Assembly: GCA_963720755.1 (NCBI GenBank)
Contig: CAVRGP010000002.1
Coordinates: 128,001-192,000 of the forward strand
Direction of reading: 5' to 3'
Length of the DNA: 64,000 nucleotides
Source: an uncultured Chloroflexia bacterium
GTDB lineage: Bacteria; Chloroflexota; Limnocylindria; Limnocylindrales; CSP1-4
The notes beneath the pieces were generated by a model that was given only the letters and a program-made list of their open reading frames with translations, did not search any database and had not been told where the DNA came from. Shown here piece after piece: positions 47,287 to 58,710 of this stretch (the first letter of the stretch is position 1; each line of letters opens with the position of its first letter). The position numbers were made by a program, and so were the translations under genes.

Positions 47287-49977
47287 CTAGTTGAGCCGAT
47301 CCCCGCCGGGGACCGGGGCCGGGTCCTGGACCCGCCGTGCGCGGGCGTCGCGCTTCGTGCCGCCCTCCGTGACGATCGTCGCCGACCCGGTCGAGAAGAC
47401 GAGGGTCCCGTTGACCCGGTCGGCATCGGCCACGATCCGGTCCCCGGGCCGGAACTCGCCGGAGACGATGGCCCGGGCCAGGGGGTTCTCCACGAGCCGC
47501 TGGATCGTCCGCTTGAGCGGCCTGGCTCCGAACGCGGGATCGGTCCCTTCGTCGACCAACAGGGCCCGGGCCGCCTGGGTCAGCTCGAGTTCGATGTCCT
47601 GACCGCTGAGCCGGGTGGCGAGGTCGTCGACCAGGAGCCCGACGATCTGCTCGAGGTCCGCCTCGGTCAGGGCATGGAACACGATGACCTCGTCGACACG
47701 GTTGAGGAACTCCGGCCGGAAGCTCGAGCTGAGCGCCTCGGTCACCTCCTGCTTCATCAGCTCGTATGCCGCGTCGCCGCTGCGGGCCCCGGTGGCGGCG
47801 ATCGCCGCGCTCCCGATATTGCTGGTCATGATCACGACCGTGTTCTTGAAGTCCACCGTCCGGCCCTGGCTATCGGTCAGGCGGCCGTCGTCGAGGACCT
47901 GGAGCAGGACGTTGAAGACGTCGGGGTGGGCCTTCTCGATCTCGTCGAGCAGCACGACCTGGTACGGCCGCCGTCGGACGGCTTCGGTCAACTGGCCACC
48001 CTCGTCGTAGCCGACATACCCCGGAGGTGCCCCGACCAGCCGCGACACGGCGAACTTCTCCATGTACTCGCTCATGTCGATCCGGACCATCGCGTTCTCG
48101 TCGTCGAACATGAACTCGGCAAGCGCCCGGGCCAACTCCGTCTTGCCGACGCCGGTCGGTCCGAGGAACAGGAACGAGCCGATCGGACGGCGCGGATCCT
48201 TGAGTCCCGCCCGCGCCCGTCGAACGGCATCGGACACGGCCTGGAGTGCCTCGTCCTGGCCCACGACCCGGGCGTGCAGCCGTTCCTCCATGTGGATCAG
48301 CTTGTCGGTCTCGCCCTCCAGCAGGCGGTTGACCGGGATCCCTGTCCAGCTGGCGACGATCTCGGCGATGTCGTCGGCGCCGACTTCCTCCTTGAGCAGG
48401 GCGCCGGGTCCCTGAAGCGCCGCAACGGCGGCTTCCTGCTCGGTCATCCGGTCGGTCAGCTCCTTGAGCGTCCCGTACTTGAGCTCGGCGGCGGTCGCAT
48501 AGTCGGTCTCGCGCTCGGCCTGTTCGATCCTGGTCGTCAGCGTCTCCAGCTCGGCCTTGGTGGCGCGGATCGCGGCGATCGCCGACTTCTCCGCCTCCCA
48601 GCGCTGTTTCATCGCGCCGGCCTGCTCGTCGATGTCGGCGAGCTCCTTCTCGAGCGTTTCGAGCCTCGCCTTCGACGCCTCGTCGGTCTCCTTGCGCAGC
48701 GCTTCGCGTTCGATCTCGAGCTGGATGCGTCGCCGCTCGAGCTCGTCGATCTCGATCGGCATCGAGTCGATCTCCATCCGCAACCGGGAGGCCGCCTCGT
48801 CGACCAGATCGATCGCCTTGTCGGGCAGGAATCGTTCGGTGATGTAGCGGTCGGACAGGGTCGCGGCCGCGACCAGCGCTGAATCGGTGATCCGGACACC
48901 GTGGTGGACCTCGTACCGTTCGCGCAGCCCACGCAGGATGCTGATCGTCTCCTCGACGGTCGGCTGGTCGACGAGGACGGGCTGGAAGCGCCGCTCGAGC
49001 GCCGCGTCCTTCTCGATGTGCTTGCGGTACTCGTCGAGGGTCGTGGCGCCGATCGTGTGCAGTTCACCGCGGGCGAGCATCGGCTTGAGCAGGTTCGAGG
49101 CGTCCATGGCGCCTTCCGCGGCGCCCGCACCGACGACCGTGTGGAGCTCGTCGATGAACAGGATGACCCGTCCCTCGGCGTCCTTGATCTCCTTGAGGAC
49201 GGCCTTGAGCCGCTCCTCGAACTCCCCGCGGAACTTGGCTCCGGCGATGAGCGCACCGAGGTCGAGCGCGACGACGCGCTTGTCCTTCAGTCCCTCCGGA
49301 ACATCGCCCCGGACGATCCGCTGGGCGAGACCCTCCGCGATCGCCGTCTTGCCGACGCCGGGTTCGCCGATCAGGACCGGATTGTTCTTCGTTCGACGGG
49401 ACAGGACCTGGATGACCCGACGGATCTCGTCGTCGCGGCCGATGACCGGGTCGAGCTTGCCGGCTCGCGCCTCGACGGTCAGGTCGCGGCCGTACTTCTC
49501 GAGCGCCGCATACGTCCCTTCGGGGTTCTGCGAGGTCACCCGCTGGCCGCCGCGGACGCTCTGGAGCGCCTGGAGGATGGCCTCGCGGCCGGCCGCGTGA
49601 CCCTCGAGCAGCGCCTGGCCCTCACCGCCGACCTCGTCGATGGCCAGGAGCAGGTGCTCGGTCGAGACGTACTCGTCGCCAAGGCGCCGGGCCTCCGCCT
49701 CGGCCAGTTCGATCACCCGTCGGGCGCGTGGATCCATCGACAGCGATCCGCCCTGGACCCGAGCCCGTCGGGCCAGGATCGCGGCAAGTTCTCCGCGGAA
49801 CCCAGGCAGGTCCACGCCCAATCGGCGAAGCGTTTCAGCGGGCACCCCGTCGTCCGGTTCGATCAGGGCGGACAGGATGTGCTCCGCGTCGAGGATCGGG
49901 CTGTCGAGCCGCTGGGCTGTGGCCTGGGCTTCGACGATGGCCTCCTGGGCCTTCTGGGTGAATCGGTCGAGTTGCAT
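47287..49977 (-). CDS. clpB: ATP-dependent chaperone ClpB
   Basis: Two AAA domains ([16 protein letters not shown]), coiled-coil M domain, GARPLKR. Confidence 0.97.
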   Translation of the reverse strand: MQLDRFTQKAQEAIVEAQATAQRLDSPILDAEHILSALIEPDDGVPAETLRRLGVDLPGFRGELAAILARRARVQGGSLSMDPRARRVIELAEAEARRLGDEYVSTEHLLLAIDEVGGEGQALLEGHAAGREAILQALQSVRGGQRVTSQNPEGTYAALEKYGRDLTVEARAGKLDPVIGRDDEIRRVIQVLSRRTKNNPVLIGEPGVGKTAIAEGLAQRIVRGDVPEGLKDKRVVALDLGALIAGAKFRGEFEERLKAVLKEIKDAEGRVILFIDELHTVVGAGAAEGAMDASNLLKPMLARGELHTIGATTLDEYRKHIEKDAALERRFQPVLVDQPTVEETISILRGLRERYEVHHGVRITDSALVAAATLSDRYITERFLPDKAIDLVDEAASRLRMEIDSMPIEIDELERRRIQLEIEREALRKETDEASKARLETLEKELADIDEQAGAMKQRWEAEKSAIAAIRATKAELETLTTRIEQAERETDYATAAELKYGTLKELTDRMTEQEAAVAALQGPGALLKEEVGADDIAEIVASWTGIPVNRLLEGETDKLIHMEERLHARVVGQDEALQAVSDAVRRARAGLKDPRRPIGSFLFLGPTGVGKTELARALAEFMFDDENAMVRIDMSEYMEKFAVSRLVGAPPGYVGYDEGGQLTEAVRRRPYQVVLLDEIEKAHPDVFNVLLQVLDDGRLTDSQGRTVDFKNTVVIMTSNIGSAAIAATGARSGDAAYELMKQEVTEALSSSFRPEFLNRVDEVIVFHALTEADLEQIVGLLVDDLATRLSGQDIELELTQAARALLVDEGTDPAFGARPLKRTIQRLVENPLARAIVSGEFRPGDRIVADADRVNGTLVFSTGSATIVTEGGTKRDARARRVQDPAPVPGGDRLN

Positions 49978-49978
49978 C

Positions 49979-51016
49979 TCAGTTCTCGTTCCTGTCGAGG
50001 TGTTCGAAGAGGGTCCGGGCGGCCGTGCGAGCCTCGTCGGATAGATGGGTCGGGATGGTCACCCGGGCCTTGGCGTAGAGGTCGCCGTGACCGGTCCCCT
50101 TGAATCGTGGCATCCCGCGTCCGGTCAGGCGGAAGGTCCGACCGGGTTGGGTCCCGGCCGGGATCGTGAGCAGGACGCTGCCCTTGAGGGTCTCGACCCG
50201 GACCTCCGCACCGAGCAGGGCCTCCTCGAGCGTCAGCGGGAGCTCGCGGTCGAGGTCCGCGCCGCGGCGCGTGAACCGTGCATCGGGCAGCTGGCGAACG
50301 ACGACGACGATGTCGCCGCCACCCGGTCCACGCCCGGTCAGCTTGATCCGGGTCCCGGTGTCGGCACCGGGAGGGATGGTGATCTCGAGACGCTTGCCAT
50401 CGACGTCCACGAGGCGAGTCGTACCGTGATACGCCTCCTCGAGCGTGATCTCGGCGGCGGCTTCGTGGACCGCCCGTGGTCGGGCCGGGCCGCCCGGCCT
50501 GCCTGTCGGCCCGGCCGACCGGCCATCGATCCCCATCCCGGCGAGGATGTCGTCGAAGCCCATGGCACCGGTCCGGCTGCCGACTCCGGCGCCACTCGTC
50601 GATGCGGGACCGGTCGGGCCGGCATCCTGGCCAAAGAAGACGCGGAAGAAGTCCGAGAAGCCACCCGTGTCTCCGCTCGTCCGGAACTCGTAGCGGACGT
50701 TGCCGCCCGGGGCGCCGTGACCCGCGCCGAACCCCGCGAAGGGGCCGCCAGCCGGGCCACCTCCGGCCCCGGCCTGTCTGGCCCGACTGATGGCCTCCCA
50801 GTTCGCCCCGAGCTCGTCATATTGCTTCCGTTTCGCGACGTCGCCCAGGACCTCGTTGGCTTCGTTGATCTCCTTGAACCGGGTCTCGGCGGTGGCATCG
50901 CCGGGCTTGGCGTCCGGATGGTGCTGGCGGGCTAGCTTGCGGAAGGCCTTCTTGACGTCAGCCTGCGACGCGGTCCTCGGCACGCCGAGGACCGCGTAGT
51001 AATCCTTGAACTCCAT
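49979..51016 (-). CDS. cbpA: DnaJ-class co-chaperone without zinc finger (CbpA-like)
   Basis: KDYY, HPD motif, G/F-rich region, DnaJ C-terminal domain, no CxxCxGxG repeats. Confidence 0.85.
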   Translation of the reverse strand: MEFKDYYAVLGVPRTASQADVKKAFRKLARQHHPDAKPGDATAETRFKEINEANEVLGDVAKRKQYDELGANWEAISRARQAGAGGGPAGGPFAGFGAGHGAPGGNVRYEFRTSGDTGGFSDFFRVFFGQDAGPTGPASTSGAGVGSRTGAMGFDDILAGMGIDGRSAGPTGRPGGPARPRAVHEAAAEITLEEAYHGTTRLVDVDGKRLEITIPPGADTGTRIKLTGRGPGGGDIVVVVRQLPDARFTRRGADLDRELPLTLEEALLGAEVRVETLKGSVLLTIPAGTQPGRTFRLTGRGMPRFKGTGHGDLYAKARVTIPTHLSDEARTAARTLFEHLDRNEN

Positions 51017-51052
51017 GGGGTTGCTTGCCACGGTCCGTTGGTCGCCGCCTGA

Positions 51053-51081
51053 GTGCTCGATCCGTTCACTGGGTCGAGCAC
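51053..51081. repeat. Intergenic hairpin between lon and cbpA
   Basis: GTGCTCGA (51053-51060) pairs with TCGAGCAC (51074-51081). No U-tract. Confidence 0.45.
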
Positions 51082-51097
51082 CCGACGACGAGGTCTC

Positions 51098-53596
51098 CTA
51101 TCCGTGTTCGACGACGACGGGCGGCCGGTCGGTCGTCGGGAAGTTGGTCCGCCGAACGGTCGGCTGTCGGTCCGGTTCGGGATCGACCTTGTCCTTGCCC
51201 TTGACGACCTTCGGCGGTTCGGTGGCGAGCGCCTTCGGCTTGCGCCGCAGGGCGGCCTCGAGGACCTGTTCCATCGAGTCGACGAGGATGAGTTTGATCG
51301 ACTTGCGGATCTCATCGGGGATGTCCCGGAGATCCTTCTCATTCTTGCGCGGGAGGATGACGATCTTCGCCCCCGACAGGTGGGCGGCAAGGATCTTGCT
51401 CTTGAGCCCGCCGATCGGGAGGACCCGACCGCGCAGCGTGATCTCGCCGGTCATCGCCACGTCCTTGCGGACCGGGATGCCCGTCAGGGCGCTGACCATC
51501 GCGGTGGCCATCGTGATCCCGGCAGACGGGCCGTCCTTGGGGATCGCTCCGGCCGGCACATGGATGTGCAGCGTGTTGTGCTCGAAGATCTCCCTCGGGA
51601 TGCCGAGTTCGGCCGCGTGGGCTCGGGTCCACGACAGGCCGGCCCTGGCGGATTCGCGCATGACCTCGCCCAGCTGGCCGGTCAGGATGAAGTCCTCGCG
51701 GCCCTCCATCCGGGTCACCTCGATGGCAACCACATCGCCACCGACCTCGGTCACGACGAGGCCCGTCGCGGCGCCGGTCTGATCCTCGGACTCGAGTTCG
51801 CCGTACTCGAACCGCGCCGGGCCGAGGAGTGCGGCCAGCTTCTTGGGATCGATGATCGTCTTGCGCTTGCGGCCCTCGGCGACCTGCCGGGCGACCTTGC
51901 GCATCACGTTGGCGAGCTCGCGCTCGAGGTTTCGAACGCCGGCTTCATGCGTGTACGAGCGGACGAGTTCGGTCATGGCCTCGTCCGTGATCTCGATGTG
52001 CTTGGCCTTGAGGCCGTGGTTGGTCATCTGCTTCGGGACGAGGAAGCGCTTCCCGATCTCGATCTTCTCCTGCTCCGTATAGCCGGGCAGATAGACGATC
52101 TCCATCCGGTCGCGGAGGGCCGGCGGGATCGGATCGAGCAGGTTGCCCGTGGCCACGAACAGGACCTTGCTGAGGTCGAACGGGACCTCCAGATAGTTGT
52201 CCTGGAAGGTGCTGTTCTGCTCTGGGTCGAGGACCTCCAGGAGGGCCGAACTCGGGTCGCCCCGGAAGTCCATCCCGATCTTGTCGACCTCGTCGAGCAT
52301 GAACACCGGGTTATTCGAGCCGGCGGTCTTGATGCTCTGGATGATCCGACCGGGCAACGCGCCGATATAGGTGCGCCGATGGCCGCGGATCTCGGCCTCG
52401 TCGTGGATGCCGCCAAGGCTCATCCGCACGAACTTGCGGTCCATCGCCCGCGCGATGCTCTTGCCCAGGCTCGTCTTGCCCACTCCGGGGGGCCCGACGA
52501 AGGCGAGGATCGGGCTGCGGATCTCATCCGCGAGCGTGCGCACCGCGAGGTATTCGAGGATGCGCTCCTTGATCTTGTCGAGGCCGTAATGATCCTCGTC
52601 GAGGATCCGGGCAGCCTCCTTGATGTCGAGCTGGTCGTCGGTCGCGACATCCCAGGGCAGCCCGATCAGCCAGTCGACGTAGGTCCGGATGACCCCGACC
52701 TCCGGCGATGCCGAGGGGATCCGGCTCATCCGGTCGATCTCCTTGATCGCCCGGGCCTTGATCTCTTCCGGCATACCGGCGGCCTCGACCTTGTCGCGCA
52801 GTTCGTTGATCTCTGCCTGCTGGGGGTCGTCCTCGCCCAGCTCGCGCTGGATCGCCTTGAGTTGCTCGCGCAGGATGTACTCACGCTGGGTCTTGTCCAT
52901 CTCCGACTTGACTTCGGACTGGATCCGACCCTTGAGCTCGAGGATCTCGATCTGATGGGCGAGGAAGGTCGAGACGAGCTTCAGACGCTCGGTGACGTCG
53001 ATCGTCTCGAGCATCTCCTGGCGCTGCTCGGTGGTCATGTCCGGGCTGTACGCGACCATGTCGGCGAGCAGCCCGGGCTCGGTGATATTTCGCGCCGCGA
53101 CGGCGGCTTCGGGTGGGACGGGTGCGCCGTTGGCGACGTACTGCTCGATCTGCGCCTGGACCGAGCGCATGAGCGCCTGGACCTCGACGTCGTCGGGGCT
53201 CTCGTCGCTGAGTTCCTCGACGTGCGCGCGCAGGTATGGCTCCGTCGCGCTGAACCCGTGGACGCGCAGGCGGCCCTGACCCTGGACGATGGCCCGAACG
53301 GTCCCGTCCTGGAGTTGGACGACCTGGGCGATCTTGGCGAGGGTGCCGATGGCGTACAGCTCGGACGGATCGGTGATGTCTTCCTGTTCGGCTTGCCGCT
53401 GGGTCACGAGCGCGATCGGGCCGCCTTCGGCGACCGCCGCGTTGAGCGCGTTGACGCTCTTCTCGCGACCGACCTGCAGTGGGACGATCATCTCCGGAAA
53501 GATGACCGTCTCCCGAAGTGCGACGAGCGGAAGCTCGACGATGCCCATGGTCGGGGTGGGCTGCTCGTCGACCGGGTTGGACGGTCGCTTGGCCAT
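51098..53596 (-). CDS. lon: Endopeptidase La (Lon)
   Basis: [36 protein letters not shown]. Confidence 0.97.
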   Translation of the reverse strand: MAKRPSNPVDEQPTPTMGIVELPLVALRETVIFPEMIVPLQVGREKSVNALNAAVAEGGPIALVTQRQAEQEDITDPSELYAIGTLAKIAQVVQLQDGTVRAIVQGQGRLRVHGFSATEPYLRAHVEELSDESPDDVEVQALMRSVQAQIEQYVANGAPVPPEAAVAARNITEPGLLADMVAYSPDMTTEQRQEMLETIDVTERLKLVSTFLAHQIEILELKGRIQSEVKSEMDKTQREYILREQLKAIQRELGEDDPQQAEINELRDKVEAAGMPEEIKARAIKEIDRMSRIPSASPEVGVIRTYVDWLIGLPWDVATDDQLDIKEAARILDEDHYGLDKIKERILEYLAVRTLADEIRSPILAFVGPPGVGKTSLGKSIARAMDRKFVRMSLGGIHDEAEIRGHRRTYIGALPGRIIQSIKTAGSNNPVFMLDEVDKIGMDFRGDPSSALLEVLDPEQNSTFQDNYLEVPFDLSKVLFVATGNLLDPIPPALRDRMEIVYLPGYTEQEKIEIGKRFLVPKQMTNHGLKAKHIEITDEAMTELVRSYTHEAGVRNLERELANVMRKVARQVAEGRKRKTIIDPKKLAALLGPARFEYGELESEDQTGAATGLVVTEVGGDVVAIEVTRMEGREDFILTGQLGEVMRESARAGLSWTRAHAAELGIPREIFEHNTLHIHVPAGAIPKDGPSAGITMATAMVSALTGIPVRKDVAMTGEITLRGRVLPIGGLKSKILAAHLSGAKIVILPRKNEKDLRDIPDEIRKSIKLILVDSMEQVLEAALRRKPKALATEPPKVVKGKDKVDPEPDRQPTVRRTNFPTTDRPPVVVEHG

Positions 53597-53607
53597 TCGA
53601 TGATCTC

Positions 53608-53961
53608 CTAGGGTGCTGGTGTCGTGGGATCTTCAGTCGACGCGTCGGTCGCGTCGTCCCTGGTCCCTTCGGCGTAGAGGGCTTCGAGGATGCGAGCGCC
53701 GAGGCGCTCCTCGAGTTCGAACAGGATCCGGATGCCGGCGAGATTCACGCCACGTTCCCGGGTCAGATGGCGGATCCAGGTGATCCGTCGGATGTCGTTT
53801 TCGCTGTACAGGCGGATGTTGGATGGTGTCCGGGCCGGACAGAGGAGGCCTTCGTCCTCGTAGATGCGCAGCGTCCGGGGATGTGCGCTCACGAGTGTCG
53901 CCGCCACGCTGATCACGTAGACCGGCTGCTCGGGATCGCGCTCCCGCCGGACGGAGGCCAT
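53608..53961 (-). CDS. hspR: MerR-family heat-shock repressor HspR
   Basis: PVYVISVAA..HPRTLRIYE.EGL.PART..RLYS...GVNLAGI, located inside a chaperone operon. Confidence 0.85.
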   Translation of the reverse strand: MASVRRERDPEQPVYVISVAATLVSAHPRTLRIYEDEGLLCPARTPSNIRLYSENDIRRITWIRHLTRERGVNLAGIRILFELEERLGARILEALYAEGTRDDATDASTEDPTTPAP

Positions 53962-53965
53962 CCGG

Positions 53966-54484
53966 TCAGACGCCCGCAGGGGTTGCGGTGTCCGAGGCGG
54001 ACGTCGCCTTGGCGCCATTGGTCGAGTGACCATCGGTGGTCGGGCTGATCCGGATCTGGCGCGGCTTGACCGCCTCGGCCCGCGGGATCCGAAGGCTCAG
54101 CATGCCGTGCTCGAAGGTGGCCGTCGCCTTGTCGGCCTCGAGCCCGCGAGGGAGCGAGACGACCCGGTTGAACGTGCCACGACGGATCTCGCGGACGAGC
54201 GTCTCGCCCTCTCCGCCGGCGTGCTCGTCGGTCGACTCCGCATGGATGTTGAGGGTCCCGTCCTCGACCGTGATCTCGACATCCTCGGGACGGATCCCGG
54301 GCAGAGCCGCCTGGACGATGAGTTCGTCGGCCCCGCTGGTGATGTCAAGGGGGAGGGTGAATGGATCCTGGCCGCCGCCTGTCCACGAGAACGGGCGAAC
54401 GACGCTGTCTTCAAAGAGCCGGTCCATCGCCTGGCGCAGCGAGACGAGCTCGCCGAGAGGCGAGGCGCGGCGCACGATCGTCAT
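53966..54484 (-). CDS. Small heat-shock protein Hsp20
   Basis: MDRLFED, LPGIRPEDVEITV, REIRRGTFNR, ATFEHGMLSLRIP. GGAGG ribosome-binding site. Confidence 0.93.
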   Translation of the reverse strand: MTIVRRASPLGELVSLRQAMDRLFEDSVVRPFSWTGGGQDPFTLPLDITSGADELIVQAALPGIRPEDVEITVEDGTLNIHAESTDEHAGGEGETLVREIRRGTFNRVVSLPRGLEADKATATFEHGMLSLRIPRAEAVKPRQIRISPTTDGHSTNGAKATSASDTATPAGV

Positions 54485-54549
54485 GACGTACACCTCCAGT
54501 GATGATGGTTCGGACTGGTCCCGACCGGGCATCGGTTGGAACATGGCGC

Positions 54550-54580
54550 ATCGTAGAACCCTGACAATGACGTTGTCAAG
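54550..54580 (-). promoter_or_regulatory. Promoter TTGACA-N18-TACGAT overlapped by a HAIR-like inverted repeat CTTGACA-N7-TGTCAGG
   Basis: Inverted repeat at 54560-54580; -35 at 54579-54574 and -10 at 54555-54550; directly upstream of hsp20-hspR. Confidence 0.75.
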
Positions 54581-54690
54581 AGAGTTACGGGTTCTTCACG
54601 ATTCCGGGCCTAGTGGCGCCCGGTCGAACGGTGGCGCGGAGCCTCGACCGGGCGGTGCCGACCCTGCGTAGCCCCGATCCGGTCCTGGCG

Positions 54691-55371
54691 TCAGCCGGCG
54701 ATCGGGGACTCCAGATCGCCGATGAGCTGGTCGTGGAGCAGGTCCCCACAATCCTGCCGACCGATCGCGATGACCTTGTCGCCCTCGAGCATCACCGTCT
54801 CCGGTCGGAGCGGTGTGGCGATCCCGTCGCGGATCACCGCGAACAGGGAGCAGCCTTCCGGGATCGCCAGGTCCTTCGGGGTCCGCCCGATGGCCGGCGA
54901 ACCGGTCTGCAGGTGCGCTTCGATGATCTCCAGTTCGCCCTCGCCGAGCGCCGCGAGATGGAGGAGCTCGTGGACCGGGATGTCCTGCTCGATCGAGCTT
55001 AGGACCATCCGCGTCGGACTGATGAGTTCATCGACGCCGAGATGCCGGAAGAGCGCTTCGTTCTTCGGGTTGTTGACCCGGGCGATCGTCCGCGGCACGT
55101 CGAAGTGGTGCTTGGCCATCTGGCAGATCACCAGGTTGTCCTCGTCGTCACCGGTCACCGCCGCAACGACATCCGCCCGGTTGCATCCGGCCTCGCCGAG
55201 GTACTTGCCCTCACATCCGTCGTGGGCGATGACGATCGAACCGATCTCGTCGGCGATCTGGGTCGCCCGAGCCCGATCCTTCTCCATGAGGGCCACTTCA
55301 TGGCCCGATTCGATGAGTTCCTTGGCCAGGTAATAGCCGACCTTGCCGCCGCCGACCACGAGTACGAACAC
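54691..55371 (-). CDS. trkA: TrkA family potassium uptake protein (RCK_N + RCK_C)
   Basis: VGGGKVG, VTGDDEDN, IARVNNP, C-terminal RCK_C. Confidence 0.9.
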   Translation of the reverse strand: MFVLVVGGGKVGYYLAKELIESGHEVALMEKDRARATQIADEIGSIVIAHDGCEGKYLGEAGCNRADVVAAVTGDDEDNLVICQMAKHHFDVPRTIARVNNPKNEALFRHLGVDELISPTRMVLSSIEQDIPVHELLHLAALGEGELEIIEAHLQTGSPAIGRTPKDLAIPEGCSLFAVIRDGIATPLRPETVMLEGDKVIAIGRQDCGDLLHDQLIGDLESPIAG

Positions 55372-55374
55372 GGC

Positions 55375-55914
55375 TCAGACCTCCTGGCTGTGAACGGCTG
55401 CCGGACCGGTCGTGGACGTTGCGACCGGTGGCACGGACGGGGTGTCCGCGGGTGCGTCGTGGGATCCCGGATGGTGATGTCCGGAAGCGGCGATCAAGCC
55501 CGGCAGTCCGGAACGTGGCAGCCCGAGGTGATCGTCGATGGCATCGAGCATCAGGCCCGTCCGGCACAACGTCGTGACCCCGAGCTCGGCATAGGCGGTC
55601 GCCCGGAGTGGGTCGTTGATCTTGGCGATGACGCGCTCGACGCCGAGTGCCTCCACGGCGAGCTGGGCGGCCATGACATTGCGATTGTCGCCCTCGGTCA
55701 ACGCGAGGAAGACGTCCGCACTGTCGGCGCCTGCTCGGCGGAGGACATCTTCATCGGTCCCGTCGCCCCGCAGGGAGTCGCCGCCGAACGTCGACGGCAG
55801 GCGATCGAAGGCCGAGGTGAGGACGTCCAGGATGACGACTTCATGGCCGGCCCTGTCGTAGATATCCGCGATGGATGCACCGACCCTGCCGCACCCGACG
55901 ATCACGATCTTCAC
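55375..55914 (-). CDS. TrkA-N (RCK_N only) protein
   Basis: VGCGRVG, GDGTD, TEGDNRN, AKINDP. Confidence 0.88.
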   Translation of the reverse strand: MKIVIVGCGRVGASIADIYDRAGHEVVILDVLTSAFDRLPSTFGGDSLRGDGTDEDVLRRAGADSADVFLALTEGDNRNVMAAQLAVEALGVERVIAKINDPLRATAYAELGVTTLCRTGLMLDAIDDHLGLPRSGLPGLIAASGHHHPGSHDAPADTPSVPPVATSTTGPAAVHSQEV

Positions 55915-56369
55915 GCTGGCTCCTCGATGATGGGTTCGCGCACCACCCAGACGGCGCAGGGCGCGTTCTGGAGAACGTACGGGATGGTCCGGCCGATGGC
56001 GAACTCGCCACCGAACCGCTTGCGATACGGCAGCCCGACCACCAGCAAGTCCGCTTCACGCTCGGTCGACTCGTCGACGATCGCCGCGCCGACGTCGCGT
56101 GCCTGGAGCAGGACCGGTTCGAGGGTCAGCTTCGATTCCTCCGCCACCTCCTCGGCCATGTCCAGGACGCGCTGGACATCCTCGCTTCGTCCGGCGATGT
56201 CGGCGTCGAGCGGGAGTGTCCAGTCGATCTCGACGACGTGGATCGCGATCAATTCGGCGTTCGACGCTCTGGCCATCTCCGCCACGAGACGGACGATCCG
56301 GAGGTCGCTTGAACCGCCATTGAGGGCGACCACCGCGCGACGAAAGACTGGCTGTCGGGCATCTGCCAT
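55911..56369 (-). CDS. Universal stress protein
   Basis: VVALNG, HVVE, ADLLVVG, GRTIPYVLQNAPCAV. Confidence 0.88.
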   Translation of the reverse strand: MADARQPVFRRAVVALNGGSSDLRIVRLVAEMARASNAELIAIHVVEIDWTLPLDADIAGRSEDVQRVLDMAEEVAEESKLTLEPVLLQARDVGAAIVDESTEREADLLVVGLPYRKRFGGEFAIGRTIPYVLQNAPCAVWVVREPIIEEPA

Positions 56370-56423
56370 GGCCGGTCACGATACCACCGAGCGGTCCCGT
56401 TGGCGTCGGCCCAGTCTGGACCC

Positions 56424-56699
56424 TCAATCCGACTTCCGGGTCAGGTCCTCGTCAGCTCCGTTGCCCGGTGGCTGGTCGCGTTCGGTCGCACGCATGGCGC
56501 CAAGGGCCGACTCGAAGAGCGCCGGATCTTCTCGACGGTAGGGGACGTTGACGACGACGGTATGCGGCCGGCCGAGGAGCATCGACTTGACCCGCTTTGC
56601 CGCCTGGTTGTACAGGAGGCGCTCCCACCAGCTGCGGGCGACGTATTCGGGGACGCTCGACAGCGGCCGTCCGAACACGATGGCCCGGGCACGCGCCAC
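56424..56699 (-). pseudogene. Internally deleted remnant or mini-paralog of the adjacent KimA-like permease
   Basis: ARAIVFGRPLSS matches the neighbour's N-terminal MRGVFFGRPLAS and is fused in frame to VPEYVARSWWERLLYNQ..HTVVVNVPYRR, which matches the neighbour's C-terminus. Confidence 0.7.
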
Positions 56700-56700
56700 G

Positions 56701-58710
56701 TCAATGTCCTCGTCGGTAGGGAACGTCCGCGATCACCGTATGGTCACGCCCCACGAGTGCGCTCTTGAGTCGTTTGGCGGTCTGGTTGTACAGCATCTGG
56801 TCCCACCAGTGGCGACCCACGTATTCGGGCAGCACGACGACAGTGATCGGTGCCTCCTTGTCGGGCGGCCAGGCCTGGTCGAGGACATCGAGGTAGGCGA
56901 CGACCGGCGAGATGATCGCCCGGTACGGCGATTCGACGACGACCAGGGGCACGTCCGGGAACTGCGCCTCCCAGCGGACCCGCATCGCCTCAGCCGCTTC
57001 GAGGTCATCGGTGACGTAGACCGCCCGGATGTCCGCAGCCAGGCCACGCCCGAAGTTGACGGCATGGACGATCGACCGATTGATCGCGTTGACCGGGATG
57101 ATCACCCGCTGCTCGCGGTGCGGTCCGGGCAGGACGCCCACGTCCGGAACGCTGAGCTCCCGCTCGTGTGCCTCGTACTGGCGATGGACGAATGACATCA
57201 TCGTGACGAAGACCGGGATCAGGACGAGGACGAGCCAGGCGCCGTCCCAGAACTTCACGTAGATGACGATCACGGCCACGATCCCGGTCAGGGCCGCGCC
57301 GAACGCGTTGATGCTCAACCGGCGACGCCAGCCCGGTGACCGCTCCCGCCGCCAGTGCCGGATCATGCCCGATTGGCTGATCGTGAAATCGATGAACACG
57401 CCGACCGCGTACAACGGGATCAGCAGGTGGGTCGAGCCCTTGAAGATCACGATCAGGAGCGCCGCCAGCGAAGCCAGCATGATGATCCCGTACGAGAACG
57501 CGAGTCGGTCACCGCGCAGGGCGAACTGGCGCGGCATGTAGCCATCGCCGGCCAGGATGGCCAGGAGGCGGGGGAACGCGTTGAAGCTGGTGTTGGCGGC
57601 CAGGAACAGCAGGACGGCCGTGAACGCCTGGAAGAGGTAGAACGCGAGCCCGTCGCCGTAGACCGTCCGGGCGACCTGGGCGATGACCGTCTGCTTCTCC
57701 GGGAACTCGATCGGGATGATCGCGTAGCGAACCGCCAGGAATGTGATCCCGATGAACAGGATCGCCAGCAGGGCCGCCATCACGGCCAGGGTCGTGGCGG
57801 CGTTCCTCGCCTCTGGCGGCTTGAACGCCGGGACTCCCGTTGCGATCGCTTCCGTGCCGGTCAGCGCGACGGCACCGGCGGCGAATGCGCGCAGCAGGAG
57901 GAGGATCGTGATCGGCTGGACCGTATCGGTGAGTTGCTGGGTGACCTGCGGGCCGTAGCTCTCGCCCTCGCCCAGGACGAGGATCCGGAAGGCCCCGACC
58001 GCGATCATCAGGAGGGCCGACCCGACGAACAGGTAGGTCGGTGCGGCAAAGATGTTGCCGGCCTCGCGCAGGCCTCGAAGGTTGGCGATGGCGATCAGGC
58101 CGATCGCGGTGACGCCGATGAGGACGCGCTCGTCGAACAATGCCGGAAAGGCCGACACGATCTGCTCGACGGCCGAGGAGGTCGAGACCGCGACCGTCAT
58201 CACGTAATCGATGAGCAGCGCGGAGGCCGCCACGAGACTGACCGTGCGCCCGATGTTGCGCCGTGACACGGTGTATGAGCCGCCGCCGTTCGGATAGGCG
58301 ACGCAGATCTGCCGGTACGAGATGGCGACCGCCACGAGCAGGATGGAGATCGCGGCACTGACCCACACACCGAGCGTCAATGCAGCCGCGCCGCCGAGGA
58401 TCAGGACCCGCAGGATCTCCTCTGTCGCGTACGCCGACGAGCTGATCGCATCGGAACTGAAGATCGCGAGCGCCTTGGTCTTGGACAGACGTTCGCCGAG
58501 TTCCGCCTCGCTGGCGAGGGGCCGACCGAAGAACACGCCGCGCATGGAGGCCAGACCGCGGCCGACCCGCGTGGTCGGAGCACTCGCGGCTTCCTTGGCC
58601 GTGAGCTGGCCGCGACCCGTGTATCGGAAATACGGCGCGTGCGGGCGGTCCACCCGTACTCGACGGTCCCCCGGCTTGCGTCCTTGAAGCGGTCGTCTAC
58701 CGCCGATCAT
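56701..58710 (-). CDS. APC-family permease, KimA/YdaO-like potassium transporter
   Basis: ALAIFSSDAISSSAYATEE, YPNGGGSY, ALTGTEAI..GVPAFKPP, AANTSF..FPRL, LIPLYAVGVF, SPYR, LYNQ. Confidence 0.88.
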   Translation of the reverse strand: MIGGRRPLQGRKPGDRRVRVDRPHAPYFRYTGRGQLTAKEAASAPTTRVGRGLASMRGVFFGRPLASEAELGERLSKTKALAIFSSDAISSSAYATEEILRVLILGGAAALTLGVWVSAAISILLVAVAISYRQICVAYPNGGGSYTVSRRNIGRTVSLVAASALLIDYVMTVAVSTSSAVEQIVSAFPALFDERVLIGVTAIGLIAIANLRGLREAGNIFAAPTYLFVGSALLMIAVGAFRILVLGEGESYGPQVTQQLTDTVQPITILLLLRAFAAGAVALTGTEAIATGVPAFKPPEARNAATTLAVMAALLAILFIGITFLAVRYAIIPIEFPEKQTVIAQVARTVYGDGLAFYLFQAFTAVLLFLAANTSFNAFPRLLAILAGDGYMPRQFALRGDRLAFSYGIIMLASLAALLIVIFKGSTHLLIPLYAVGVFIDFTISQSGMIRHWRRERSPGWRRRLSINAFGAALTGIVAVIVIYVKFWDGAWLVLVLIPVFVTMMSFVHRQYEAHERELSVPDVGVLPGPHREQRVIIPVNAINRSIVHAVNFGRGLAADIRAVYVTDDLEAAEAMRVRWEAQFPDVPLVVVESPYRAIISPVVAYLDVLDQAWPPDKEAPITVVVLPEYVGRHWWDQMLYNQTAKRLKSALVGRDHTVIADVPYRRGH

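Noticed and set aside
51053-53611. Long antisense or alternate-frame ORFs (e.g. 51053..53611+, 5097..7235-, 13924..15840+, 25511..27316+)
   Set aside because: Shadow ORFs expected opposite GC3-biased genes at this GC content; they show no family motifs.
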